From Chloroflexota bacterium (GTDB lineage: Bacteria > Chloroflexota > UBA11872 > VXOZ01): DNA of 64,000 nucleotides. The notes beneath the pieces were generated by a model that was not told where the DNA came from, ran no database searches, and saw only the letters and a program-made list of their open reading frames with translations. Made by a program: the position numbers and the translations under genes. Where the stretch lies: the NCBI GenBank assembly GCA_964291655.2, contig OZ219802.1, positions 224,001 through 288,000 on the forward strand, given 5' to 3'. This document shows positions 31,248 through 40,971 of this stretch, one piece after another. Each line of letters begins with the position of its first letter. The stretch's first letter is position 1.

Positions 31248-32987
31248 CTATTGTGCTCTCTCGACACGCACCGTTACGATGTCCATGCCGTGGTACTTTT
31301 GGTGCCGCACCGCAGTCGCATAGTGCCGTAGCAGCCGAAACGACACTTCTCTATCATCGTCTGCTTCGCTCTGTTCGTCGAGATGTGCCAGCCGGTCTTC
31401 CAGATTTTCTTCCGCGAACACCGCCGAGAATTCCAATTCCAGCGCATTGCCTTCCGGGCGTGTGGCAATTATCAAGCGCGGCACTTTGTCCGAGGGGTGC
31501 GCACTTTCCGGTCGCAGCAGGCTCGCGAGAGTTTCTTCACCCGCAGAGCGCAGGCGGTCAATAGACTCTTCGTTCCAACCCAGCTTGGCAGCGACTTCCT
31601 GCAGAAAAGCGTCAATCTGGGGCAGGTCGGAGTTGGCCAGACGCACCTGCAAGCGCCGGCGTCGCGGTCCCGTTATGTCTAGGAGTACCGTTAACGCGAT
31701 GGCTATTGCTGCGCCGATGGTTATGCCGTTGCCCAGCAATCCATCCCATGGCGCGCGCAAAACGCCCTCAAAGATGTTCTGGTGCTGTAAGCCAACCCCA
31801 ATTGAGAACGACAGCCCGACAACTAGAGCGTCTTGGTAACCAAGCCCCGAGCGCGAGACAGTGCGTATGCCCTCGAAAAAGAGAATCCCAATTGCCACTA
31901 ACAAGAATGCGCCCATAATCGGGTTGGGGATAGTGAGAAGCAAGCCGGTTACTTTGGGAAACAGCGCCAGGATTAGGAAAATCACCCCCATGGCGTAGGC
32001 AACCCTGCGGGCGGCTACCCCAGTGAGATTGATGAGGGAGACCGTGGAAGACGAATAGGCGCTCGTGGGCGGTGTACCGGCGAGACCAGACAACAAGATG
32101 CCTACCCCGTTGGCATAGAGTGCGCCCTGAATCTTGCGAAAGTCAATTGCTCGTTGCCGGCGCTGTGAGACCTGCTGCACTACTACGGCGTCACCAATGG
32201 TCTTAATTGCCTGCACGAGGGTTACTACCAGAAACATCGGCAGCAGTGCCCAAAACCCGGCGGTCGGCGTCAATTCCAGCCCCGGAAAACCGCCTGAAGG
32301 GAGCCCAACCCACGCCGCTTCACGCAGCCGATCCAATTCATACATGCCGAAGAATGCCGCCGCCACACAGCCTGCGCCAATACCGAGAAGCGGTGACCAC
32401 AGCCGCCAGGATACAGGCGCGCGCAATGCCAGAATGGTCGTTACTACCAGCGTAACCAGCGCCACGCCCGGACCGGCAATTGCGGGCGTGCCTGCAGGAA
32501 CTTCATTCAGGCGGTCGAAGGCCACCGGCAGAATCATCGTTGCGATCAGCATGAGCACGGTACCGGAAACGGCCGGTGTAATGATGCGGCGCAAGCGCGG
32601 CAGCCACGCCGCAATTGCCAGATAGAACAGCGCCGACAGGATTATCAGACTCGCGAGTGTGGCGGGCCCGCCCTCCGCAAGTGCCAAGACCGAGACCGCA
32701 ACATAGTTCGGTGTGGTGCCGGTAATGAGAAGGTGGCGCGTGCCGAGCCAGCCAATGCCGGCCGCCTGCAGCGCCGTGATCGCCCCGCCGACGATGAGCG
32801 ACGCAAACACGGCCCACGTGAGATAGCGCTCGTCCTGACCGGAGGCTACGGCCGTGATGGCCACAATAAGCACGGCAGGCGCCACGACAATCAAGACGCC
32901 CTGCGCTCCCACGACTACCGCCGTAAACAACGAACAAGGCTCGTCCGGTTCGTAACGGATGTTCTCGCCTAAGCGGGCTGACGCCAA
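31248..32987 (-). CDS. NCS2 (xanthine/uracil) permease with C-terminal soluble extension
   Basis: 12-14 TM helices, LTGVAARRV, LFPKV..LL..IP.PI.GA motif, then ~140-aa hydrophilic tail. Confidence 0.85.
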   Translation of the reverse strand: MASARLGENIRYEPDEPCSLFTAVVVGAQGVLIVVAPAVLIVAITAVASGQDERYLTWAVFASLIVGGAITALQAAGIGWLGTRHLLITGTTPNYVAVSVLALAEGGPATLASLIILSALFYLAIAAWLPRLRRIITPAVSGTVLMLIATMILPVAFDRLNEVPAGTPAIAGPGVALVTLVVTTILALRAPVSWRLWSPLLGIGAGCVAAAFFGMYELDRLREAAWVGLPSGGFPGLELTPTAGFWALLPMFLVVTLVQAIKTIGDAVVVQQVSQRRQRAIDFRKIQGALYANGVGILLSGLAGTPPTSAYSSSTVSLINLTGVAARRVAYAMGVIFLILALFPKVTGLLLTIPNPIMGAFLLVAIGILFFEGIRTVSRSGLGYQDALVVGLSFSIGVGLQHQNIFEGVLRAPWDGLLGNGITIGAAIAIALTVLLDITGPRRRRLQVRLANSDLPQIDAFLQEVAAKLGWNEESIDRLRSAGEETLASLLRPESAHPSDKVPRLIIATRPEGNALELEFSAVFAEENLEDRLAHLDEQSEADDDREVSFRLLRHYATAVRHQKYHGMDIVTVRVERAQ

Positions 32988-33069
32988 GCAGGGCCTCCTA
33001 ACTACGCGCGACCTAGCCTATACCAACGCACTCACTGCAAGGGCACGTGGGCAATCTGCCAGACGCGCC

Positions 33070-33858
33070 TTAGACGCCTCCTGGAACGTCCTGACCGCAG
33101 ATGCGCAGGTAGTCCGGCTTAGGCGCGTCACCTGTGTACTGGAACTCCGCGGCCATGTAGCTCATCGTAATCGCCCGCCGCGACTGCGTCGTGAGATTTG
33201 GCGCCGTCCCGTGGAGCAGGAGGCTATGGAAGAAGAGCCCATCGCCCGCTTCCATTGGGACCGTGATCACGTCAGCCGGATCATAGTTAGATTCGTTGAT
33301 GATATAGTCGTCCGGCACCCGCTCATGGGGTACGGGGCCGCGTTTGTGGCTGCCGGGAATGGCGGTAATGCAGCCGTTCTCCGGGGTAGCAGGTTCAAAG
33401 GGCATCCAGCATGAGCTCAATTCCATCGGTTCAATCGGCCAGTAGGGAGAATCTTGATGCATCCCCTTGGCCGAGCCAACCTGCGCCGGTTTCATCAGCA
33501 CTGAGTCACGAAAGAGCTTCAGATTCTCGCTGCCGATGAGAGCCTGCATGCGCTTCACGACCTCCGGCATTGTGCCTAGCCCGCGAAAGCGGTCGTCGTG
33601 AACGACGAGCCGATCGATCTTGCGAAATGCATCGCCGCGTCGCTCCGGCCACGGCACCTCGCCGCGTTCCACACGGGGCTCAACCTGGATCTTGACCCCT
33701 TCCGGTATGGGCAGGCGATCATACATGTACTCTTCGAGCCGCTCTTTCAGTTCCGCTATGCCCTCAGCCGATACCAAACCCTTGATGAGGAGATAGCCGT
33801 TGTCCGCGTAGAATGCTTGCTCCTCTTCAGTCACCACCGTCTTCACCTCTGCCATCAT
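33070..33858 (-). CDS. Phytanoyl-CoA dioxygenase (PhyH) family Fe/2OG oxygenase
   Basis: HQD, ENGCI..IPGSH, FFHSLLLHG..N..RR motifs. Confidence 0.92.
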   Translation of the reverse strand: MMAEVKTVVTEEEQAFYADNGYLLIKGLVSAEGIAELKERLEEYMYDRLPIPEGVKIQVEPRVERGEVPWPERRGDAFRKIDRLVVHDDRFRGLGTMPEVVKRMQALIGSENLKLFRDSVLMKPAQVGSAKGMHQDSPYWPIEPMELSSCWMPFEPATPENGCITAIPGSHKRGPVPHERVPDDYIINESNYDPADVITVPMEAGDGLFFHSLLLHGTAPNLTTQSRRAITMSYMAAEFQYTGDAPKPDYLRICGQDVPGGV

Positions 33859-34099
33859 TGCACCTCCATGGGTCTGTTGTTAAACAATAGAATTGAATCC
33901 CAGTCCATGTTGCCGCTTGCGTCAAGACCGTAATAGCGGGTTCACAAAATCACCATGCCGGCGTCGCGCCTTGTGCCCCCAAGCGTGCACGGCCGACCCT
34001 TGCACGTTTTATGCATTATCGCCGATAGGCATAGTTTAGGAAAGAAACAAGAACGGAAGTTTGGACGAAAGCACTACCCGGTCGTTTTGACGCAGACGA

Positions 34100-35068
34100 C
34101 TAGAAGAGTGCCGGCTGGCGGGCTTCAAGAGGCCAAGCGTCAAAGCCTCTATCGCGCAAGTGAGCGGAGAATTGTTGCGGGCCGAACATCGTGAAAACCC
34201 GTTTCGGCTTGGCCCGTTCAACATACGCATTAAGTTGATTCCAGTCGCAGTGGTCGCTTAGCGGCAGCGCCTCATCAACACGCATGCGATACTTGCATGA
34301 GGGATCGACGGCCCAGCCGCTAAGAAGCACAGTGCGATAGGGAGTGAGCGCGAACGTCTCGGAGCGCCGACGCACATGAGGCGGCATCAAGACGACCGTA
34401 CCTTCCTCACGCCTGCCGCGCCAGCGGACCAGTTTGCCCGGAAACCTGGCGCCCATCTGTAAGTAGACCGCCGACATCGCATACGTTGATTCGTCCACCT
34501 GAACGTCAAAACCCGCGTCCAGCAGGATATGCAAAGCCTCTTGCCCCTTGCCCAGGCTATAGGCAAGCACGATGGGCACTGCTCCCTCATCGAGTGTATC
34601 GATGACCCACTCGCACAGTTGGCTGACGACGCTCGCACGAGTCGGAAAGACGTAGTCCGGGTGTCCGAAAGTCGCATCAATGATGAGCGTATCGCACGGT
34701 AAGGGCTGAGCCGGTTGCCCAAAGAGATCCTGCCCGAGGTGCAGATCGCCCGTATACACAATTCGTTCTCCGGTTGCATGCACGTCGATGGCGACCTGGG
34801 CGGCGCCCAGACAGTGACCGGCCGGAAAGAGCGTTAGCGTGTAATCGTCGCGCTCCAGCGGCTCACCGAACCGCAGCGGCTGCGCTTGCTTGATCTTCAT
34901 GCGTTGGGCAGCCAAAGCGATAGTTTCCGCAGTCGCAAGCACGTGATGATGCGAGGCAAGGTGGTCGCTGTGCGCGTGAGAGATGTATCCTTCGGCTTTC
35001 ACTCTCCGCGAATCAAGCCAGAGTTCCAGCGTGGGAAGAAAAATGCCCGGTTCAATTGGAGATTGCAT
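34100..35068 (-). CDS. MBL-fold beta-CASP nuclease (ligase-associated exonuclease-like)
   Basis: SHAHSDH, AGHCLG, YTGD, AYSLGKGQE, LSGWA, LSDHCDW. Confidence 0.85.
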   Translation of the reverse strand: MQSPIEPGIFLPTLELWLDSRRVKAEGYISHAHSDHLASHHHVLATAETIALAAQRMKIKQAQPLRFGEPLERDDYTLTLFPAGHCLGAAQVAIDVHATGERIVYTGDLHLGQDLFGQPAQPLPCDTLIIDATFGHPDYVFPTRASVVSQLCEWVIDTLDEGAVPIVLAYSLGKGQEALHILLDAGFDVQVDESTYAMSAVYLQMGARFPGKLVRWRGRREEGTVVLMPPHVRRRSETFALTPYRTVLLSGWAVDPSCKYRMRVDEALPLSDHCDWNQLNAYVERAKPKRVFTMFGPQQFSAHLRDRGFDAWPLEARQPALF

Positions 35069-35279
35069 GCGGTACTCATCCAGAACAGTACAGAGAGTCT
35101 CAAGAGCTTACTGATGGGTCGACCGTATTGGCAAATCGGGGTGCGTGAGTCCGTTCATCGCGTACCCAGTCAAGTTTGAGGACTTCTCCTGTACACACGA
35201 AAAAATCCGTTGGCGGCGCAATGGCGAGCCCAATTTCCTGATTGCAATTCCCTCTACAAAGTAGCAGTCTGCCGGCAAC

Positions 35280-36677
35280 CTAAGCGCCTGGCAATATCGA
35301 GCCCACGAGTTCAAGCGCTCGGCCAACAAAGAGGCCCTGGGTGCCTGTGCGGTAATGGGCCGGAGCGAGTTCGTCATCCTGGTAGGAGCCGACTTCATAG
35401 CCGCCGCGTGGAATCTCCCGGTCCGACGCAACGTAGCCGATCATGTCATTTGCCATGCTCACGTGGACTACATCAAGGCCGAATTCTTCCTTCACCCGCT
35501 TTCGCGTTTCCATGCCGTACTCCAGGAAGAATTCCCCAGGAAAGCCGACAAACACCAGGTGACCAACGCGAATAACCTGGAGTTCGGTCACCAAGCCGTC
35601 GGCCAGCGTGCCGGCTTCAAGCTGCCGGAGAATGCGCTGCGCCCACCGCGCTTTGCAAAACGGGAGGCGTCTCCCACTGTCAGGAAACGCACCTGTTTCA
35701 AGTGCTTCCCGCAGATAGTCGGCGGTAGGCGGCTCGGCGAATGGAGCGACGATGGACGTGCTGGCTGCGGCCACGCCGTCCAGAGGACGTGGGCTCGTAC
35801 TCTCCCGCACTTTCACCACCTCCGCGCCCATGATGCGCCCTTCACGTTCAAGCTCGGCAAAGACTGCCGAGCGGAAGCCGCCCGATTCGTTGGTGTAGTT
35901 CGGGCGAATATCGCCGTGGCAGCCCAGCAAGAAGCCCACCACGCAGTCATCGCCATACACATCCTCTACAAACGACCGCGCTGGGCCGGGATAGTCGGCA
36001 CTGATGGCAAAGTTGTCGCTCATACTCGTTGGATGGCAAGCATAATTGAAGATGATGCCTGCCGGTTCGCCGGCATCGTTATCAAAGCGCAGCACCGGCA
36101 GCGAATGGTCCACGAGGCCGTCGGGGCGGGGACAATTGACCACTTCACCGTTGCGCTCGCCGCGTCGGTTGATGGCGAGACCGTACTGCCCAGTGCCAAT
36201 GCCACCGTGCACGTTCTGAAACCCTTGCATCGCCATGGCTACGGCGCCCGCGAGCTTGTTTTCCAGCTCATCGAGGTAGTCATGGTCGAGAATTGGCAGC
36301 GCGTACGTGAGTTCTTCATCAGGAATGCCACCCGGGTGCGGTACGCTTGCGCCCGGCAGCCCGGCGCCCCAGTCTTTCGTGTTGGGGCCGCTGTGGGCAT
36401 GGGTCATGCCTAACATGACGTGCGAGCCCGGTATGCCTGTTAACGCGGTGATCTTCTTGCGGACTGCATGCGTGCGCTGCAAAGAAATGTCAACGAGATC
36501 GGCGCCGACTACGGCAACAGTGGTGTCTCCATCGTCAAATACATAGGCAGCGGCGTAGAGTTCGTCGTGAATGTCATCAGAAGGCTGCTGGCGATTGCCA
36601 TAGCCGCCGAGATGCGTACCCACCGGCGGAGTTATGTTTACTTTCGCCGCACCCATGCGGACGCTACCAGACATCAT
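35280..36677 (-). CDS. Neutral/alkaline ceramidase-like amidohydrolase
   Basis: ITPP, THAHSGP, NYACHPT, ISADYPG, PGEFF, GGYE motifs. Confidence 0.8.
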   Translation of the reverse strand: MMSGSVRMGAAKVNITPPVGTHLGGYGNRQQPSDDIHDELYAAAYVFDDGDTTVAVVGADLVDISLQRTHAVRKKITALTGIPGSHVMLGMTHAHSGPNTKDWGAGLPGASVPHPGGIPDEELTYALPILDHDYLDELENKLAGAVAMAMQGFQNVHGGIGTGQYGLAINRRGERNGEVVNCPRPDGLVDHSLPVLRFDNDAGEPAGIIFNYACHPTSMSDNFAISADYPGPARSFVEDVYGDDCVVGFLLGCHGDIRPNYTNESGGFRSAVFAELEREGRIMGAEVVKVRESTSPRPLDGVAAASTSIVAPFAEPPTADYLREALETGAFPDSGRRLPFCKARWAQRILRQLEAGTLADGLVTELQVIRVGHLVFVGFPGEFFLEYGMETRKRVKEEFGLDVVHVSMANDMIGYVASDREIPRGGYEVGSYQDDELAPAHYRTGTQGLFVGRALELVGSILPGA

Positions 36678-36733
36678 CTGCCTTTCTTGCTTCTCAGGTG
36701 CCGAATATCGGTGGAATCAGTGAATTGCGAAAT

Positions 36734-38128
36734 CTAGTCTGCCGGTTGAGAAACCTGCTCTGCGAGAGCCAAGGCGCGACTCACCACGAACTGCTCGGTC
36801 TCCGGCCGGAATGGCGCCGGATACCAGAACCAGCGGTAGAAGTCAGCCGGTTCGGAGCCGCCTTCAGGATAGGACTTGGCAGTACAGACGTAGCCTACTT
36901 CCGAGTTGCTGTAGCCGAGAGTGAGCGCCATCTGTGCCCGGTGGCTGTCCTGCAGCGCCCGCTCGATTGCCAGCCCGATTTCCACAAACACCTCACCGCC
37001 CATGGCGACGATGCAAACACCGCCGAGCCTCACAACTTGGACTTCCATATCTACTGTTGTGGGTAGTTGCTCGCCGTTCTCCAGCTTCTCGATGAGGTAG
37101 TCTGCCCACGTGAGCCAGCGATTGCGGCCGGATTCCGTTCGATACAACTTGAGCTCTTCTATTGTGGGGGGATCTTGGAAGGGGAGCGGGAGTTGCTCTC
37201 TGGCGACGGTGATCGGATAGCCCACGGCCATATGGCTCTCGCGCGCCGCGCGCACCGCCACAGCGCCGGCGCCGCGGCCAAGCGCCTGAATCTCCGCCGC
37301 CGTGCAGGGATGAAAGCGATCGCCTGCCGGTGTCAGCACTCTTGGACGGATGTTGCCGCCACAGCCGGTCAGAAAGACCGCAATCGGCGCGCCTTCCGCA
37401 GCAAATGAGCGCTCAATCTCGTCTTTGGCCGGAGAAATGTAATCACCCCCAATTAGGGGATTACCGCGATAGTCAATGCCCGTCCCGTGACAAGCCGCCG
37501 AAAAGACGATGGCGAGCACCGAGCCGTCCAGGCGATCGACGCGTATGACTCGCGCGCGGTTATCCACCGTATCCTCATAGTTGGGCAGCATGCTCGAGGT
37601 GCCATCAACTACTTTCCTGCGATTGATGGCAAACAAGCCCTCCGCCTCACCAATGGCAAGCGAAGCTGGCTCAAGAGCTGCATTGGCACGCACCACGGTA
37701 TCGGTGATGCGCTGGATGACCCACTCACGGTATTCCAAGTCCACGGGGTCCGGCGAAAGCACAGAGATGCTGGGGCCGGAATGCGTGTGGGAAGCATTCA
37801 GCAGGACGTTATCACCGGGGATGTCGGTCTGTTTGGCAATGCGCGCCCGTATCGCGGAGGCCAGCGAGGCTTCCATGTAAATGAGGTCATTACCGACCAG
37901 CGCGACTTTTGTCGATCCATCATCCAAAACAACGGCGGTGCTATAGAGGTCGTCAAGCACACCCGTTGATGTCACCGTCATGCCGCTTTGGAGCAAGCCT
38001 CCAATTGCCGGTGTGATCTGCGTTTTGGCCGCTCCCGCCCACAGCGGGGCACGTTCTGGCAGCACCTCGTCTTCCCGCATCAGCCAATTCTTCATTTGCT
38101 GCTCCCTCTCGTTACTATTCGCTATCAT
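36734..38128 (-). CDS. Neutral/alkaline ceramidase-like amidohydrolase
   Basis: ASHTHSGP, AACHGT, GCGGNIRP, GGEVFVEIG. Tandem paralogue of 35280..36677. Confidence 0.8.
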   Translation of the reverse strand: MIANSNEREQQMKNWLMREDEVLPERAPLWAGAAKTQITPAIGGLLQSGMTVTSTGVLDDLYSTAVVLDDGSTKVALVGNDLIYMEASLASAIRARIAKQTDIPGDNVLLNASHTHSGPSISVLSPDPVDLEYREWVIQRITDTVVRANAALEPASLAIGEAEGLFAINRRKVVDGTSSMLPNYEDTVDNRARVIRVDRLDGSVLAIVFSAACHGTGIDYRGNPLIGGDYISPAKDEIERSFAAEGAPIAVFLTGCGGNIRPRVLTPAGDRFHPCTAAEIQALGRGAGAVAVRAARESHMAVGYPITVAREQLPLPFQDPPTIEELKLYRTESGRNRWLTWADYLIEKLENGEQLPTTVDMEVQVVRLGGVCIVAMGGEVFVEIGLAIERALQDSHRAQMALTLGYSNSEVGYVCTAKSYPEGGSEPADFYRWFWYPAPFRPETEQFVVSRALALAEQVSQPAD

Positions 38129-38177
38129 GATGCAGTGAGTTCATTCATGCAAGTCATGCCAGGAGAAGGGTGCAAAA

Positions 38178-38963
38178 ATGCGTACGTCCGAAGTACTCCG
38201 GGAAATTGTAGACTCCTGCGGCCCTCAGGGCGGCGATGAAGGGATTCTTTTTGGCGACCGAGAGCAGGAAGTTGGCGGTATCCAAGTGTGCTGGATGGCG
38301 AGCCTCGATGCCATTGAACATGCGAAAGAAGCTGGCGCCAACCTCATCATTGCCCATGAGGACCTGTACTTTCCGTCGTGGCGACCTCCGCACAGCACAA
38401 CATCGGTGGAGTATCTAAGCTGGCGTGTAAACCAGCGGCGCATCGGATTGCTTGCGGAGAGCGGTTTTGCGGTCATTCGCGCCCACGGGATGCTGGATCG
38501 TCACTGCATCTTTACTGCCTTCGCCGAGAAGCTTAGCCTCGGCAAGCCGGCGGTAGACGAAGGACCTTACCTTAAGGCCTACGACCTGCCTCCGGGCACG
38601 ACCTATGGGGCGCTCGTAGAGCACGTAAAATCCGCACTCGGCATGGAGGCGGTGCGAGCGACACCATACGATCCGACGGCGACGGTGCGGCGGGCGGGGT
38701 TGCCCTGGGGTGGCCTGGGCCTCTTCGTCAATGTCGGCTACATGCAGTCAATTCTCAAGTACGACTGTGACGTGTTCATTGCAGGGGAGAGCGACAACTA
38801 CGGCATGCACTTTGCGTTAGACTCCGGAGTGCCGATGATCGAGACTAGCCACGAAGTGAGTGAGAACCCCGGACTTGCCATCTTTGCCCAAGAGCTCCAG
38901 GCAAGGCTGCCCAATGTACCGGTACATTACTACGAAAACCCCATGCCGTGGCGTTGGTGGTAG
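38178..38963 (+). CDS. Nif3-like (DUF34) dinuclear metal-centre protein
   Basis: LIIAHE, RAHGMLD, VFIAGE, SHEVSE; AGGAG SD. Confidence 0.8.
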   Translation: MRTSEVLREIVDSCGPQGGDEGILFGDREQEVGGIQVCWMASLDAIEHAKEAGANLIIAHEDLYFPSWRPPHSTTSVEYLSWRVNQRRIGLLAESGFAVIRAHGMLDRHCIFTAFAEKLSLGKPAVDEGPYLKAYDLPPGTTYGALVEHVKSALGMEAVRATPYDPTATVRRAGLPWGGLGLFVNVGYMQSILKYDCDVFIAGESDNYGMHFALDSGVPMIETSHEVSENPGLAIFAQELQARLPNVPVHYYENPMPWRWW

Positions 38964-39131
38964 CGTGGAACTCTGGCCCGCCCGCCGCTCGCGTACGTTA
39001 CACCGGTGCGCGCGGGGCTAAGGGTGACGTCTACGCAGTCGCGGCGTGTAGCATACAATGACTCTGTCGTCTCGCCCAGGGGCTGAAGGTTCCGCATTCG
39101 AGGAGTCGCCCCGGGCACTCGCCGCCTCTAC

Positions 39132-39623
39132 CTAATCCAACCCTTGGTCGGCCTCTCCCTCTTCCCACTTCCGCGAGAAGTTCGACACTATTCTATGGGA
39201 AACCGCGATGAATACGGCCCGTTCTTCCGGTGTAATGCCGTCCGCCAGCATGGCATTGTGCTCCTGAACCCGTTCAATGAGTGTTGGAACCAGACGGAGC
39301 CCTTCTTCTGTCAATCCAAGACTCACCACCCGCCGGTCCCCCCGCAGACGCCTCCTCGTTAGCATTCCCTGTTCGAAGAGCTTGTTCACGGTACGGCTGA
39401 CGCTGCCGGCATCAACCGGCACCACTTTCGCTAATTGGGAAACCGTAGTTGTCCCGGAACGGAAGCAAACGCCGAGAATGATGAACTCTATCGGAGAAAC
39501 GCCAAAGGGCATGAGTTGCATCGCAATGCCCTTTGTTACCGCATTTGCCAGGCCGGAGACATAGACCCCGAGATAGTCGGGCGTCGGTCCCCAAATCTCT
39601 TCCTTTTGTGATGCTTGGCTCAA
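39132..39623 (-). CDS. MarR family transcriptional regulator
   Basis: VSRTVNKL..GML.R...DRRVV.L.LTEEG winged-helix motif. Confidence 0.9.
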   Translation of the reverse strand: MSQASQKEEIWGPTPDYLGVYVSGLANAVTKGIAMQLMPFGVSPIEFIILGVCFRSGTTTVSQLAKVVPVDAGSVSRTVNKLFEQGMLTRRRLRGDRRVVSLGLTEEGLRLVPTLIERVQEHNAMLADGITPEERAVFIAVSHRIVSNFSRKWEEGEADQGLD

Positions 39624-40149
39624 AGCGCTTGTACTTTCTACGAATAATTAATGGCAGGAAAACTATCTGCAGCCATTGTATCATACGAAACCCATTCCTT
39701 TCATACAAAGCTATACATACCCTATGTGAAAGCAATGTGTGAGCAACCCCACAGGAAAGCAACTGCAGCACGTTGTGTGACTTGGGATTTTGACCCCGTA
39801 CAGTTCCGTAAGGCCTCTCCCGACTCAATAGACTCTGGCATGACCATCGGGTACGATTGCAGCGCAGCCATGGAAGAGAACCGGGTGTGTAAGGTTAGAC
39901 CTGCCTGCCTCTCACTATGCTACATCTCTACTCTGTGCGCTTGCCACTCAACGCTGGCTGCCAAAGCACGCAATCCAATTTCGAGGAAAAGGGGCCTAGG
40001 CGCGCTACTCCGTGATGGTCCGCCACGGCAGCATCCAGTCAGTCCCGCGCTTCGGTGGTCCAGCCGCCGGAACGTGGAACAGGAGGGTTCGCTCCCCAGT
40101 TTTTGGGCGTGGAATCCTCAGTGCTCAGACTAAGCGGGGGAGCGGAGCC

Positions 40150-40917
40150 ATGAGAACGACGAATGCGGCGGCCATGGGCAAGGCCGTGAACAATGCCCAC
40201 CCGCAAAGCCCGGCATTTTGCAAACGGCCCGCGCTTGTGCTATTGGACGCATACGGCACGCTATTCGCGCCGGTTTCCTTTGGCTCACCGGTAGTCCGCC
40301 TTTGCCAGTTGCTGGCGGCAGATGGCGTGCACATTGACCCAAAGAGTGCAGAGAGAGCACTTTTTGCGGAAATCAGACTATACCGCGAGCGGTTTCCCTA
40401 TATTCGCGACCAGCAGGAACTAGGACAACTAGAGCTTGCAGCTAGCGATGTCATGTTGGCGGAGCTGGCAATCAAACAGTTTCCGCGCGAACGAATGCGC
40501 CAGCACCTGCTTGATCTCTTTCGCCTTGAGGTCTTTTCCGACGTGAATCCGGCGCTTGGTCACCTGCAACAACGCAGACTAGCGCTCGGCGTGGTAAGCA
40601 ATTTCAATGCAATGCTCGGTGACTACCTGGCACAACTCGACCTAAGAGAGTGGTTCAGCGTGGTTGTGTGCTCAGCCGACGTGGGCGTCACTAAGCCGGA
40701 TCCAATTATCTTCCATGCGGCAATCAAGCAGCTTGGGATGCAACCCGAGCAGGCGATCTACGTCGGAGACGACTTGCACAACGATTACCACGGCGCACGC
40801 CAGGCGGGCCTCCACGCGGTGTGGCTCAACCGCGATGGGGCGCCTACACAGGACGGAGTGCTTTCTATTACGACTCTTGCGGAACTTCCCGGTCTATTGA
40901 ACCAGGTGAGCTCGTGA
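40150..40917 (+). CDS. HAD-superfamily hydrolase (subfamily IA)
   Basis: DAYGTL, VVSN, KPDP.IF, YVGDD..ND..GA. Start uncertain. Confidence 0.85.
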   Translation: MRTTNAAAMGKAVNNAHPQSPAFCKRPALVLLDAYGTLFAPVSFGSPVVRLCQLLAADGVHIDPKSAERALFAEIRLYRERFPYIRDQQELGQLELAASDVMLAELAIKQFPRERMRQHLLDLFRLEVFSDVNPALGHLQQRRLALGVVSNFNAMLGDYLAQLDLREWFSVVVCSADVGVTKPDPIIFHAAIKQLGMQPEQAIYVGDDLHNDYHGARQAGLHAVWLNRDGAPTQDGVLSITTLAELPGLLNQVSS

Positions 40918-40971
40918 CCACAACGCAAACGATGGCCGCGTCATACTGGGTCCACATTCAAGCGCATGCCG

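Noticed and set aside
35355-36413. 352-aa plus-strand ORF
   Set aside because: Antisense shadow of the ceramidase-like gene; expected in GC-rich DNA.
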